Positions 9,794-20,499 are shown, numbered from the stretch's first letter. The stretch is DNA of 64,000 nucleotides from Eubacteriales bacterium (GCA_045649105.1 JAZRPG010000022.1:12878-76877), one strand, 5' to 3'. Numbers and translations: made by a program. The notes: generated by a model not told the origin, from the sequence alone.

Positions 9794-9809
9794 AAAAGCG
9801 GATATTAAG

Positions 9810-9845
9810 AGACGGAGCAGGAGATGAGTTCCCTGCTCCGTCTTT
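9810..9845. terminator. terminator between deacetylase gene and rnpB
   Basis: AGACGGAGCAGG...CCTGCTCCGTCT hairpin. Confidence 0.7.
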
Positions 9846-9872
9846 CCGTAACCGGATTATTTATAAAAGGGC

Positions 9873-10221
9873 GCGAGTAAGCCTGTAAGCCGAGTTCTGT
9901 CTTAGACAGTCATCTATCTACGCGGCGTGTTGCCACGACGCTTTAGCCACCTTCCCGAGGACAGCCGGGCCGGCCTTAAGTCCTCCTATGCGGTGTTGCT
10001 CCGGATAGAGTTTGCAGGATGAGTCGGTTCCCCGCTCACCGGTGAGCTCTTACCTCGCCTTTCCACCCTTACCGCGAAAAACGCGGCGGTATATCTCTGT
10101 TGCACTTTTCCTGAAGTCGCCTTCGGCGGGCGTTACCCGTTATCCTTGCCCTGTGGAGCTCGGACTTTCCTCATACGCCGCCTTTCGGCATATGGCGCAT
10201 GCGACTGTCCGGCTTACTCGC
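9873..10221 (-). ncRNA. rnpB: RNase P RNA (type A)
   Basis: Minus strand GAGGAAAGTCCGAGCTC near 5' end, ACAGAACTCGGCTTA near 3' end; terminal P1 GCGAGTAAGCC/GGCTTACTCGC. Confidence 0.96.
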
Positions 10222-10344
10222 AGTAGCAATTATAACGCTATTTTTTTGTTCGGTCAAGTCCCGACGCTTGATGTTGTGTGTTTCGTATGGTATAATAATA
10301 TAAACGAATCAGGAAAAGTGCCTTGTTAAAGGAGGTTTTATAAT

Positions 10345-10890
10345 ATGTACGATGAAATTAAAAGAGACCTCGAAGCGGCGGCAAAGGAACTTGTCTCTGC
10401 GGCAGCGCTTAAACGGGGGGATATTGTCGTCGTTGGCTGTTCGACAAGTGAGGTGCTCGGCGAAAAAATCGGCACTGCGTCGGCAGCAGAGCTTGGTGAG
10501 CACATATACAGCGCACTTTCGGGCGTATTTTCACCGCTTGGGATTTATATAGCGGCTCAGTGCTGTGAACATTTAAACCGCGCAATTATAATTGAGCGCG
10601 AGGCTGTTTTGGGTGCTGATATATGCAATGTCGTTCCGCAACCGAAGGCAGGCGGCTCATTTGCGACTGCCGCATATGCCGCGATGCGTGACCCTGTGGC
10701 TGTTGAAGAAATCCGCGCAAATGCGGGAATGGACATTGGGGATACGCTTATCGGTATGCATATAAAAAAGGTTGCTGTCCCCTGCCGTCTTTCCGTTTTG
10801 AGCATCGGCTCTGCGCGTCTTGTATGCGCGAGAAGCCGCGCAAAGTTTATCGGCGGAGAACGCGCGCATTATGACAGCAGGCTAAAATAA
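10345..10890 (+). CDS. TIGR01440/YwlG (DUF436) family protein
   Basis: VVGCSTSEV, QCCEHLNRA, PKAGGS, DIGDTLIGMH, IGGERA. Confidence 0.9.
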   Translation: MYDEIKRDLEAAAKELVSAAALKRGDIVVVGCSTSEVLGEKIGTASAAELGEHIYSALSGVFSPLGIYIAAQCCEHLNRAIIIEREAVLGADICNVVPQPKAGGSFATAAYAAMRDPVAVEEIRANAGMDIGDTLIGMHIKKVAVPCRLSVLSIGSARLVCARSRAKFIGGERAHYDSRLK

Positions 10891-10922
10891 AAGACCAGGG
10901 ATACAATAAGGAGAGCAAAGAC

Positions 10923-11558
10923 ATGAAAAGAGATAAAATATATACACTTGTTATTTACGCACTTTTTACTGCTATTTCCATAGTCCTCGGGACAACAAGC
11001 ATGGGCTTTATTTATCTTCCGATTGCCGCTGTTACAACAATGCATATGCCGACGATTATCGGAGGGTATTCACTCGGTGTGCGCGGCGGCACATATCTTG
11101 GATTCATATTCGGCCTGACGAGCCTTCTGGCATGCTTCCGCACCCCGGACGCGACAGCGCAGCTTATACTCGGCACAAATACGGGCTTTGGCGTGTATAA
11201 TATCTTCCTCATTCTTGCGATAATATTTCTGCCGAGAATTCTGTGCGGTGTTTTCTCCGCGCTGACATATAAGGCGATTGCGAAATTCGACAAGTCTGAG
11301 GTGGCTGCGATGGGTGTTGCGGCATTTGTCGGTTCCATGACGAATACGGTGTTTTATCTGGGCGGGCTTTATGTGTTTGCGTTTGAGGGCTTTTCCGCCG
11401 CAGCCGGAATGCCGGGCGCAACCTATCTTCAGCTTCTTAAGGCTATACTTGCCGTCGTTTCCGTAAACGGAGTTATCGAGGCGATTGCCGCAGTTATCAT
11501 CTGCACAATAGTCGGTAAGGCCATCTCCATCGCCAGAAAAAAGGCATTTATAAGATGA
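10923..11558 (+). CDS. ECF transporter S component (PanT-like)
   Basis: MGFIYLP, TTMHMPTIIG, LPRIL, GSMTNT, NGVIEA pattern; about 6 TM. Confidence 0.8.
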   Translation: MKRDKIYTLVIYALFTAISIVLGTTSMGFIYLPIAAVTTMHMPTIIGGYSLGVRGGTYLGFIFGLTSLLACFRTPDATAQLILGTNTGFGVYNIFLILAIIFLPRILCGVFSALTYKAIAKFDKSEVAAMGVAAFVGSMTNTVFYLGGLYVFAFEGFSAAAGMPGATYLQLLKAILAVVSVNGVIEAIAAVIICTIVGKAISIARKKAFIR

Positions 11559-12064
11559 TTCACATCTACACGGGCGACGGAAAGGGAAAGACAACGGCGG
11601 CTCTTGGGCTTCTCGTGCGCGCTTGCGGCGCGGGAAAGCGGGCAATCTTTTGCCAGTTTTTAAAGGACGGGACCTCGTGCGAGCTTAACACGCTGCCGTG
11701 TCTTAAGGCGGCAGAGGTTATGCGCTCAGAGGGCGTTTTCGGTTTTTTTCCCGAGCTTTCAGAGGAAGAAAAGGCGCGCGTTGCAAAAGCTCAGAGAGAG
11801 CTTGCCATCTCCGCTTTCAGGACGGCGGCGGAGGTTGATATTGCAGTATTTGACGAGTTTTTATGGCTTGTGCACTTCGGCATTATATGCGAGGCTGAGG
11901 CGCTGGAGCTTATTAAATCAGTTCCGCAAAAGACGGAGCTTGTCTTAACCGGAGGAATTGCAGGTGAGGCGCTTATTTCTGTTGCGGATTATGTGACGGA
12001 GATGAAAAAAATAAAGCACCCGTTTGACACAGGTGCTCCGGCGCGAGAAGGTATTGAATTTTAG
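11555..12064 (+). CDS. cob(I)yrinic acid a,c-diamide adenosyltransferase (CobO/BtuR family)
   Basis: HIYTGDGKGKTTAALG, QFLK, DE, ELVLTG, ADYVTEMKKIKHP, REGIEF. Confidence 0.9.
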   Translation: MIHIYTGDGKGKTTAALGLLVRACGAGKRAIFCQFLKDGTSCELNTLPCLKAAEVMRSEGVFGFFPELSEEEKARVAKAQRELAISAFRTAAEVDIAVFDEFLWLVHFGIICEAEALELIKSVPQKTELVLTGGIAGEALISVADYVTEMKKIKHPFDTGAPAREGIEF

Positions 12065-12074
12065 ATGAGTTATT

Positions 12075-12112
12075 AAAAAACGGAGATGTGGACTTTCACA
12101 TCTCCGTTTTTT
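12075..12112. terminator. bidirectional terminator
   Basis: A6-CGGAGATGTG...CACATCTCCG-T6. Confidence 0.8.
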
Positions 12113-12163
12113 ATAAAGTTTATGTTTTTTTTGACAGATGCGTTTAAAAACGAAGGCTTTCTC

Positions 12164-13357
12164 TTAAACCTTTGCCTTTTCTTTTTTCGGCGCGCGCTCA
12201 ATCTCGCCTGCCTGTATGAGCGCCCACTTTGTGAGCACAGGGCCCACGAGTTCATAAATAAGCGTTGCGCAAAGGACGACCACCTGTATCCGCTTTCCGT
12301 ATGCAGGAAGGCGTGTAAGCGCGAGCTGAGCCATACCTATTGCGACGCCCGCCTGAGGCAGGAGCGCAATTCCGAGATATTTCTTGACATTCGGGTCGGC
12401 TTTTGTGATTTTGGAGCCGAGGTATGTGCCGAAATATTTTCCGAGTGAGCGCGCAATGAGATAAAGTACACCCAGAAGGCCGACGGAAGGGAGCGCTGAA
12501 AGGTCAAGCTCTGCGCCCGACAGAACGAAAAAGAGCATAAAGAGCGGAGGCGTCCAGGTATCTGTCATGTTGAGGACCTTTTCCTCCTCCTTGCAGAGGT
12601 TTGCAACTGTCGCGCCTATCATCATGCAGAGCAGAAGTGAGGAAAGGCCGAACTGCTCTGAAACGCCGACGCCGAGGATAACCGCGGCTATTGCAATGCA
12701 CATGAAGTTTGAGCGTGCGTGGAAAAACTTTATGAAGAAAGTTGTAAGTATTCCGATAATGAGTCCTGCGCCGAGGGAAAGAACAATTTCCGTAAACGGG
12801 GCGATTATTGCGCTTGAAAACGACATCGCCGTACCGATGCTCATCGATTGTGCAATTGATACGGACACGGCAAACACGACAAGTCCCACAGCATCGTCCA
12901 TCGCGACGACGGGGAGAAGTGTCGATGTAACGGCGCCTTTTGCCTTGTACTGACGGACAACCATAAGCGTTGCCGCAGGTGCCGTAGCTGTCGCGATTGC
13001 GCCGAGAGTAATGGCGAGAGGCGCGTCAAAGCCACAGATTAGAAGTACGGCATCGACGAGGATAACCGCGCCGAACGCCTGGAACATTGTAATGGTAACG
13101 GCCTTGCTGCCGAGACTTTTGAGGTGATCCATACGGAACTCGCCGCCTATTGAAAATGCGATGAATCCGAGCGCAATGGTTGTGATAAACGAAAGCGACT
13201 CAGATGTTTCTGCAGGAACAAGTTTTAAGCAGTACGGACCGATAATAAGTCCTGCAATAAGATATGCAGTCACATTCGGCAGCCCTGCCTTTTTTGCGGC
13301 GCGTGTCAGGAGCAGCCCGAAAAACATGGCCGCCGCAATACTTAAGAAAATATGCAT
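12164..13357 (-). CDS. cation:proton antiporter (CPA2-like)
   Basis: LPNVTAYLIAGLIIGP, ATAPAAT, VAMDDA, PQAGVAIG; about 12 TM. Confidence 0.88.
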   Translation of the reverse strand: MHIFLSIAAAMFFGLLLTRAAKKAGLPNVTAYLIAGLIIGPYCLKLVPAETSESLSFITTIALGFIAFSIGGEFRMDHLKSLGSKAVTITMFQAFGAVILVDAVLLICGFDAPLAITLGAIATATAPAATLMVVRQYKAKGAVTSTLLPVVAMDDAVGLVVFAVSVSIAQSMSIGTAMSFSSAIIAPFTEIVLSLGAGLIIGILTTFFIKFFHARSNFMCIAIAAVILGVGVSEQFGLSSLLLCMMIGATVANLCKEEEKVLNMTDTWTPPLFMLFFVLSGAELDLSALPSVGLLGVLYLIARSLGKYFGTYLGSKITKADPNVKKYLGIALLPQAGVAIGMAQLALTRLPAYGKRIQVVVLCATLIYELVGPVLTKWALIQAGEIERAPKKEKAKV

Positions 13358-13362
13358 AAGCC

Positions 13363-13701
13363 TTACATAACTCCTTCCGCGTACACAACAGGCAGTACAA
13401 AAAGAATACCTTTGTTAGGTTTGTCAAGAGTGCCCGTGAATTTATGTATGCACTCCTTTGCGCGTACAACCCCTTCGTCATCAAGAACGGCGAGAATCAT
13501 CTTGCCGGGCTCATGGTCAGGGTTAATGAATTTGCGGAGCGTTCCGAATATCGGAGGCGGCTCAACCGATGATGAGTTTACAGCCTGAAGCATGCCTTCA
13601 CAGTCCACGACTGATGCACCGTGGATTCCTTTATCCATGAATTCCGTAAGGATTGAAGGCACGAGTCTGACATTGTTGGTTATAAAAACGAGAAGATTCA
13701 T
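13363..13701 (-). CDS. PII-like small protein
   Basis: GIHGASVVDCEGM and C-terminal PNKGILFVLPV resemble PII-superfamily pattern; 5 nt upstream of antiporter. Confidence 0.65.
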   Translation of the reverse strand: MNLLVFITNNVRLVPSILTEFMDKGIHGASVVDCEGMLQAVNSSSVEPPPIFGTLRKFINPDHEPGKMILAVLDDEGVVRAKECIHKFTGTLDKPNKGILFVLPVVYAEGVM

Positions 13702-13876
13702 ATGTTCAGCTCCTTATTATTAATACAATAGATAATAGTACTTTTATCGAAAAAAGTCAACCGTCGAAGAAATATTTAGAAGGCAGTTTTTTAAAAGCGC
13801 GCCTGAATATTGCGGCGTTTTCTGCAGATAATACCCGTGCCTGTAAAATAGATTCGGACGGACGGTGTTTTCGGAT

Positions 13877-15331
13877 ATGGAGTCAATCTGGGAAAAGGAG
13901 ACAGAATCCCCCGCGTTTCCTGCGCTTCGGGGAGATGCAAAGGTCGACACACTCATAATCGGCGGCGGGCTTTCGGGGATTCTTACCGCATATTTGCTGA
14001 AAAAACGCGGCGTTGCATGTATTGTAGTTGAGGCGGGGCGGATATTGGGCGGCACTACAAGAGGAACAACGGCAAAAGTCACCGCCCAGCACGGACTTAT
14101 TTTCGCAAAGCTTATAAAGAGCTTCGGCACTTCTTCGGCGCGGCAGTATCTTTATGAAAACCTGCGTGCAGTTGAAATGTACCGCGATATAATATCAAGC
14201 GAAAATATAGACTGTGATTTCCGGAATATATTCTCGGCGATATATTCGATAGAGTCCTCGGAAAAACTGAAAGAGGAAAGGGAAGCGCTCAAAGCTCTGG
14301 GCTGCGATGCGGAGCTTGTTTTTCAAACCGAGCTTCCCTTTAAGGTCGCCGGTGCGCTGGAATTCAAGAACCAGGCAGCGGTAAATCCGTTAAAGCTTGC
14401 ATATGCTCTTGCAAAAAAGCTTGAAATATATGAGAATACGCCCGTGATTTCGCTGTCTGAGGGAAGCGCAAAAACGGCATACGGGGAAATTTCTGCGCGG
14501 CGCATTGTGCTTGCCTCGCATTTTCCGTTTATAAATATGCCGGGATACTATTTTTTGCGCATGCATAAGGAGCGCTCATATGTCCTTGCGCTTGACGGCA
14601 TAAAGGAGCTTTCAGGTGCATATCTCGGCATAGACAGCGGAAATTTATCCTTCAGAAGCTGCGGCAATGTTCTTCTTCTGGGCGGAGGGGGACACAGGTG
14701 CGGCGAGTTTGCGAAGGACGCCGGATATGCTCCGGTAAAAAAAGCGGCAGAAACGCTGTATCCGGGTGCACGGGAAATTCTCAGATGGTCAACGGAGGAC
14801 TGCATGACGCATGACGGCGTGCCGTATATCGGAAGATTCTCAAAGGAACTTGAGAGCGTATATGTTGCAACAGGATTTAACAAATGGGGAATGACGACAT
14901 CGCTTCTCGCAGCGGATTTATTATCAAGGAAATTAAGCGGCGAGGAGATAAGCTTCGGCGTGTTTGACCCTCAGAGGAAGAATTTTACACCGTCGCTTGC
15001 CGGGCTTCTGGAGGATGGCGAAAAGGCCGCCGCAGGGCTTTTAAAAAGTGCGTTTTCCGTTCCCAAGCTTGTGCTTTCTGATATGAAGCGCGGTGACGGC
15101 GCGGTTATAGAGCATGAGGGAAAAGCATACGGCGCGTATATCGACACGGACGGGACTGCATATATAGTTTCGGCTAAGTGTCCGCACCTCGGCTGCCGCC
15201 TGTCGTGGAATCCCGACGAGCGTACATGGGACTGCCCGTGCCACGGCTCCCGCTTCAGCTTTAAGGGTGAGCAGCTCGGAAACCCCGCGCAAACGGGGCT
15301 TTGGTGTCATGTGCAAAAAACAGAGGGATAA
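13877..15331 (+). CDS. FAD-dependent oxidoreductase with C-terminal Rieske domain (YhfW-like)
   Basis: IIGGGLSG, TTAKVTAQHG, ATGFNKWGMT, CPHLGC and WDCPCHGSRF. Confidence 0.9.
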   Translation: MESIWEKETESPAFPALRGDAKVDTLIIGGGLSGILTAYLLKKRGVACIVVEAGRILGGTTRGTTAKVTAQHGLIFAKLIKSFGTSSARQYLYENLRAVEMYRDIISSENIDCDFRNIFSAIYSIESSEKLKEEREALKALGCDAELVFQTELPFKVAGALEFKNQAAVNPLKLAYALAKKLEIYENTPVISLSEGSAKTAYGEISARRIVLASHFPFINMPGYYFLRMHKERSYVLALDGIKELSGAYLGIDSGNLSFRSCGNVLLLGGGGHRCGEFAKDAGYAPVKKAAETLYPGAREILRWSTEDCMTHDGVPYIGRFSKELESVYVATGFNKWGMTTSLLAADLLSRKLSGEEISFGVFDPQRKNFTPSLAGLLEDGEKAAAGLLKSAFSVPKLVLSDMKRGDGAVIEHEGKAYGAYIDTDGTAYIVSAKCPHLGCRLSWNPDERTWDCPCHGSRFSFKGEQLGNPAQTGLWCHVQKTEG

Positions 15332-15451
15332 TTTTTTTATATATAATAATTGAAAAAGAGGTAATCTCTGTGATATAATATCTCTATTATATTCAGACGC
15401 AAAAATATCGCGCATTTTTCGGAAAAAACAAAAAACAGGAGGTTTTTTATC

Positions 15452-16135
15452 ATGAAAAAAATTTACGAGGGCAAGACAAAGGACGTATTCAGTCTCGACA
15501 ACGGAAATGTATTGCTTAAGTTCAAGGACGATTGCACGGGTAAGGACGGCGTGTTTGACCCGGGTGAGAACTCTGTCGGACTTAAGATTGAAGGAATCGG
15601 AAAGGCTAACTTAAGAACATCGGTATATTATTTTGACATGCTCAAGGCTGCCGGCATAAAGACGCATTATGTAAGCGCAAATGTGGACGATGCGACAATG
15701 GAGGTTCTTCCGGGTAAGGTTTTCGGAAACGGACTTGAGGTTATATGCAGACTTGTCGCAACGGGCAGCTTTATAAGAAGATACGGTGAGTACATAAAGG
15801 ACGGCACACCGTTTGAGGGCGGCTATGTCGAGTGTACCTTCAAGAACGACGAAAAGGGCGACCCGCTCGTTACGAGTGAGGGCCTTGCCGCGCTCGGAGT
15901 CATGAGCGAGGATATGTTTAAAAGCATGAAGGAGCAGACCCTTAAAATCACAAAGATTGTCGCGGACGATTTAAAGTCAATCGGGCTTGATTTGTGGGAC
16001 ATTAAGTTTGAGTTCGGGTATAATAACGACGAGGTTATCCTTATAGACGAGATTGCATCCGGAAATATGCGCGTTTATAAGGACGGGAAGATTGTCGAGC
16101 CTGTTGAGCTTACAAAGCTTATCCTCAACAGATAA
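15452..16135 (+). CDS. purC: phosphoribosylaminoimidazolesuccinocarboxamide synthase
   Basis: [35 protein letters not shown]. Confidence 0.92.
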   Translation: MKKIYEGKTKDVFSLDNGNVLLKFKDDCTGKDGVFDPGENSVGLKIEGIGKANLRTSVYYFDMLKAAGIKTHYVSANVDDATMEVLPGKVFGNGLEVICRLVATGSFIRRYGEYIKDGTPFEGGYVECTFKNDEKGDPLVTSEGLAALGVMSEDMFKSMKEQTLKITKIVADDLKSIGLDLWDIKFEFGYNNDEVILIDEIASGNMRVYKDGKIVEPVELTKLILNR

Positions 16136-16164
16136 CGGGCGTGTTCCGGCGTGTGTGGAAAGAT

Positions 16165-16755
16165 ATGAACAGTTTCATGAAAGCAATAGCCGGCGGCTTT
16201 ATGATAGGCATAGGCGGCTCCGTATATCTCGCGTGTGACATAAAGTACATAGGTGCGTTCCTGTTCGCGCTCGGACTTCTTACGATATGTGAATTCGGCC
16301 TCGGACTTTATACGGGAAAGGTCGGGTACATAATTAAGGAAAAGGGCGGCTACCGGCGTGAGGTTCTGGTCACCCTTCTGGGAAACGCGGTAGGGACTTT
16401 TGTCTGCGGTCTTCTTGTGAGCGCGGCAAAGCCATATTCCGAAAATGCGGTGGCAATATGCCTTACAAAGCTTGAAGCCGATGTTGTGTCCGCGCTCATT
16501 TCGGCATTCTTCTGCGGTATTCTGATGTTTATTGCCGTGCGCATGTATAAACGCGGTACGGGTGCTGCAAAATACCTCGGAATATTCACCGCCGTTCCCG
16601 CATTTATTCTTTCGGGGTTTGAGCATTCGGTTGCAAATATGTTTTATTTTTCTGCGGCGCGTATATTTAATTTGCAGGTTCTCGGGTTTATACTCGTGTA
16701 TGTTATCGGAAACGCGCTCGGCGCATTTGCGATTGCGCTTTTTGACAGGGATTAG
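16165..16755 (+). CDS. formate/nitrite transporter family protein
   Basis: AGGFMIGIGG, LYTGK, GNAVG, FILSGFEHSVANMFY, GNALG. Confidence 0.85.
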   Translation: MNSFMKAIAGGFMIGIGGSVYLACDIKYIGAFLFALGLLTICEFGLGLYTGKVGYIIKEKGGYRREVLVTLLGNAVGTFVCGLLVSAAKPYSENAVAICLTKLEADVVSALISAFFCGILMFIAVRMYKRGTGAAKYLGIFTAVPAFILSGFEHSVANMFYFSAARIFNLQVLGFILVYVIGNALGAFAIALFDRD

Positions 16756-16776
16756 AAAAACTTGGAGGTGCGCGGT

Positions 16777-17493
16777 GTGAAGAAAAAAGTTCTCGTAACG
16801 GGCGCGTCACGCGGCATAGGTCTTGCGACGGCAGAGCTTTTTGCGCGCAGCGGGTACACTGTTTATGCGACATATAACACAACTTGCGATACGCTGCCGC
16901 CGCTTTCAGAATCGCTTGCGCTTGAGGGCGGGGCGCTTATCCCCGTCCGTGCAGATGTGCGGAAGAGAGATGACATAGAGCGCATTGTAAAAGATGCAGG
17001 CGGCATCGATATTCTCATAAACAACGCGGGAATTTCGCAGTTTTGCCCGTTTACGGACATTACGGAGAAGGATTGGGATACGATGCTCGATGTAAACCTT
17101 AAATCTGTCTTCACATGCACAAGCTGCGCCGTCGGCCACATGATAAAGAATAAGTGGGGAAGAATTATAAGCATTTCCTCTGTCTGGGGCGTTAAGGGCG
17201 GCTCGTGCGAGGTGCACTATTCAGCCTCGAAGGCAGGCATCATCGGCTTTACAAAGGCGCTTTCAAAGGAGCTCGGACCGTCGGGGATTACGGTGAATTG
17301 CATAGCCCCCGGCGCGATTTCTACGGATATGAACGGTGACCTTACCGCAGATGATGTTGCGGCGATAGAGGCACAGACGCCGCTCGGCAGATTCGGCCGT
17401 GCAGACGAGATTGCGCGTGCGGCATTATACCTTGCAGAGGCAGATTTCGTAACGGGTGAAGTGCTCTGTATAGACGGAGGCTTTCCTGCATAG
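16777..17493 (+). CDS. SDR oxidoreductase, FabG/YmfI-like
   Basis: TGASRGIG, NNAG, ISSVWG, YSASK; GGAGGT RBS before GTG 16777. Confidence 0.88.
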   Translation: MKKKVLVTGASRGIGLATAELFARSGYTVYATYNTTCDTLPPLSESLALEGGALIPVRADVRKRDDIERIVKDAGGIDILINNAGISQFCPFTDITEKDWDTMLDVNLKSVFTCTSCAVGHMIKNKWGRIISISSVWGVKGGSCEVHYSASKAGIIGFTKALSKELGPSGITVNCIAPGAISTDMNGDLTADDVAAIEAQTPLGRFGRADEIARAALYLAEADFVTGEVLCIDGGFPA

Positions 17494-17507
17494 CTTAAAA
17501 AACAATT

Positions 17508-17542
17508 ACGGGGCACACTCAAAAAAGAGTGTGCCCCGTTTT
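17508..17542. terminator. terminator at left edge of acylation cluster
   Basis: ACGGGGCACACTC-A6-GAGTGTGCCCCGT-TTT. Confidence 0.8.
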
Positions 17543-17584
17543 ATGTTTGCGGTTTTTAAATTAATTATACCTGTAAGCCGCGAC

Positions 17585-18853
17585 TTACAGCGGATGAAAA
17601 ATCGGGAAGATAAGTAAAGTCAGAATCAGTGTGATTATATTGAGAAGTCCTCCAACCTTCAAATAGTCTATAAACCGGTATCCTCCCGTCAAAGTAAGGG
17701 CATTAGGCGGTGAGGAGGTTGGAGTCATATACACAACATTTGCAAACACAGCCACTGCAATCGCAAGTGATCTTGGATTCATTCCAAAGCTTTCCGCCAG
17801 ATATATGGAAATTGGAACAAGAATCGTTGTTGTGGCAGATGTGGAAATTGTGTTCGCCAATAAAGATGCCAGAACGGCAATGACCACAAGAATCAGGTAG
17901 TGGTTGACCTCGGAACCGGTCAGGCGCACAATGCTGTCAACGATAAGTTCACCGGCACCGCTTTCGTTGAGACATGCCGCCATACTCAGCGCACTGGCGA
18001 GCAAAATTACAGTGTTCCAATCGACATTTTTAAATGCATTTTTGGCTTTAACGCATCTGAAAACAATACACGCCGCCGCACCTAACATTGCTATGATACC
18101 ATAATTAAATACCTGTGTGATGAATCCGAGGATACAAAGCAACATGATGATTAAGGAAATCAGCATTTTTCCGTTAAACTCTTGTTCGGATTGCGCTTCG
18201 TTGTTTTCCTTGACTTCTTCCTCCGGCAGATTCGCAAGTAATCTTCTGCCGACAAAGAGAAAATACAGCAATAAGATTATGAATTTGGGTATGCCTGTCA
18301 TGGCATATTCAAAAAAACCAACAGTTTCTATTCCGTTCTGTTCTATAATGCCCTGCGCAATAACCTGAGGCGTGGAGCCTATCAAGGTAATTCCGCCGCC
18401 GGCAATTGCAGCAAATCCGATTGGCATATACAATGCTTTCTTATGAAGCGTACCTTTTGATGCAACAACCGCCGCCTCTGCGACAGGAAGCATCATGGCA
18501 ACGGTTGCGGTATTGGAGAAAAAAGCCGATATGATACCTGAAAGTATTATACAGGCGAACATAAAACCTTTTTCGCTACTTCCGAACAAGCGTATAAGTT
18601 TCCTTCCGAAAAACGCTGCGGCTCCCGTATGAAAAAAAGTGTCACCTACAATACACATACCAAGGACCATGATGGTTACATCATTGGAGAATCCTGAAAA
18701 TACCGTATTGTAGGAACAGCACCCGAATATCCCCATGGCCATGCAGGATAACAGGGAGGTTACCGAAAGAGGAATCAGTTCCGTGATATAGAGAAAGAAT
18801 GTGGCAGCTAATATGATAATAGCTATAATACTTGGGGTCATAGCATCACTCAA
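17585..18853 (-). CDS. SLC13/DASS family permease
   Basis: SAFFSNTAT, GGITLIGSTPQ, VDWNT, MTPTSSPPNA, GGYRFIDYLKVG. Confidence 0.88.
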   Translation of the reverse strand: MSDAMTPSIIAIIILAATFFLYITELIPLSVTSLLSCMAMGIFGCCSYNTVFSGFSNDVTIMVLGMCIVGDTFFHTGAAAFFGRKLIRLFGSSEKGFMFACIILSGIISAFFSNTATVAMMLPVAEAAVVASKGTLHKKALYMPIGFAAIAGGGITLIGSTPQVIAQGIIEQNGIETVGFFEYAMTGIPKFIILLLYFLFVGRRLLANLPEEEVKENNEAQSEQEFNGKMLISLIIMLLCILGFITQVFNYGIIAMLGAAACIVFRCVKAKNAFKNVDWNTVILLASALSMAACLNESGAGELIVDSIVRLTGSEVNHYLILVVIAVLASLLANTISTSATTTILVPISIYLAESFGMNPRSLAIAVAVFANVVYMTPTSSPPNALTLTGGYRFIDYLKVGGLLNIITLILTLLIFPIFHPL

Positions 18854-18949
18854 ATCCTTTCGTTTGCTTGGTGTTTTACCTGTGCAGGAAAATAACAGTC
18901 ACACTGAAGAACGGTACCGTATCAAAGGCTGATATCTCCTTGCAGTAGC

Positions 18950-20425
18950 TTATTGATTGCTCTTGTAGAATTTTCTGTCAACCTTACCGTTGGATGTTCT
19001 TTGGATTGAATCGACAAACTCTATTACCGTTGGGATCTTATACCGATCGAGCTTTGCAGTCAGCGCCTCAAAAATGGTTTTGACCTCCCCTTCGAACATC
19101 TCGTTTTTTACAACCAACAGTTTTGGGGTTTGTCCGGTTATGCGGTCGGATATTGCGAAACAAACACAATCAGCTATGCCGCGGATCGAAAGCGCGGCAT
19201 TTTCTATCTCGGAGGGGATAACCTTTAAACCGCCAATGTTGATAACATCGTCCTTTCTCCCTTTAACATACAGAAAGCCCTCGTTATCATAAAAGCCGAC
19301 ATCATTGGAAAGGAAGTAGCCGTCTTTGAATACCGATTGATTTAAGTCGTCACGCTGCCAGTAACCAACCGTGTTCATATCGCTTTTGATCATAATCGTT
19401 CCTGTTTCTCCGGGTTTCACAGGCGTAAAATCATCATTGACAACCTTAACATCAACATCAATGCAGGGCTTTCCCACGCATGTAATATCCTTTTCATCTC
19501 GGTCATACCTGTGAAGGCAAACTGAGCCGTTTTCGGAAGAGCCGTAGGAAAAATACAGTCTGCTGTGCGGCAGCATTTGTCTCATGAAGGCGCGTTGAGA
19601 CTCCTGCATCGGCGCAGAGGCAGTGTATACATAGTCTATCTGCTCTGCAAAGGAATGAAGCCTGTCCCGCGAAAGCTGCTGCAGAATAGTGATGTTTGCA
19701 GGCGGCAGATAAAGGGATGTTACTTTATATTCCTCAATTAATGAGAACATGCGCTTCATCTTCGTAATACCGTCAAGGAAAATGAAAGTACCGCCCATAT
19801 ATCCGTTAAGATACAGCTCTCGCATGGGCGCTACATGATTGAGGGGAACCAGGGTAATTCCTACATTGTTTTCCTTAATCTCAACCTCATGAACGCGTAC
19901 CAGTGCTGTTTTCAGAATATTTTTGTGGGAAAGAACAACGCCCTTCGGCGCGCCTGTCGTTCCGGTAGTGAACATCATATCAGCAATCATATCCGGCGTG
20001 GGGAAAGAAAACTTGTAATGTGAGCAGAAACCGCACACTTTTTCTTCAAGACTTTCGTATGTCAGGTGTGGGTGCAGATCAAATTCATAATTAGACAGAA
20101 TCAATCCTGCTTCAACATGTTTTGCAATATCCTCTACCATGGATTTGTCGGCATTCTTTTCGATGGGCACGAAAACAGCGCCGGCTAAATGACATCCGTA
20201 GCAGGCAATAACGAACCGGTTGGTATAGGCAGCCTGAACAATTACCCTGTCTCCGGTCTTTACGCCCATTTCGGAGATGAGCCCGGCAAATTTTTCAATC
20301 TTGTCCCATAACTCGCCGTATGTAATTTGTTCATTTTCAAAAACGACCGCCAATTTATCGTGGTGAGCCTCCGCATGCATGCGGATTCGTTCAACAATTG
20401 TCATTTCGCTTTTTCCTTTCGTCAT
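18950..20425 (-). CDS. class I adenylate-forming enzyme (acyl-AMP ligase)
   Basis: FTTGTTGAPKGV, YGSSE, GRKDDVINIGG..PSEIE, SNGKVDR. Confidence 0.92.
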   Translation of the reverse strand: MTKGKSEMTIVERIRMHAEAHHDKLAVVFENEQITYGELWDKIEKFAGLISEMGVKTGDRVIVQAAYTNRFVIACYGCHLAGAVFVPIEKNADKSMVEDIAKHVEAGLILSNYEFDLHPHLTYESLEEKVCGFCSHYKFSFPTPDMIADMMFTTGTTGAPKGVVLSHKNILKTALVRVHEVEIKENNVGITLVPLNHVAPMRELYLNGYMGGTFIFLDGITKMKRMFSLIEEYKVTSLYLPPANITILQQLSRDRLHSFAEQIDYVYTASAPMQESQRAFMRQMLPHSRLYFSYGSSENGSVCLHRYDRDEKDITCVGKPCIDVDVKVVNDDFTPVKPGETGTIMIKSDMNTVGYWQRDDLNQSVFKDGYFLSNDVGFYDNEGFLYVKGRKDDVINIGGLKVIPSEIENAALSIRGIADCVCFAISDRITGQTPKLLVVKNEMFEGEVKTIFEALTAKLDRYKIPTVIEFVDSIQRTSNGKVDRKFYKSNQ

Positions 20426-20499
20426 ATCTGCCGTAAAAGAGCAGGGTTTATTCGATTGGATGCAAAATCAGGTTTTATAAAGCCGATTCGCCACCGTTT

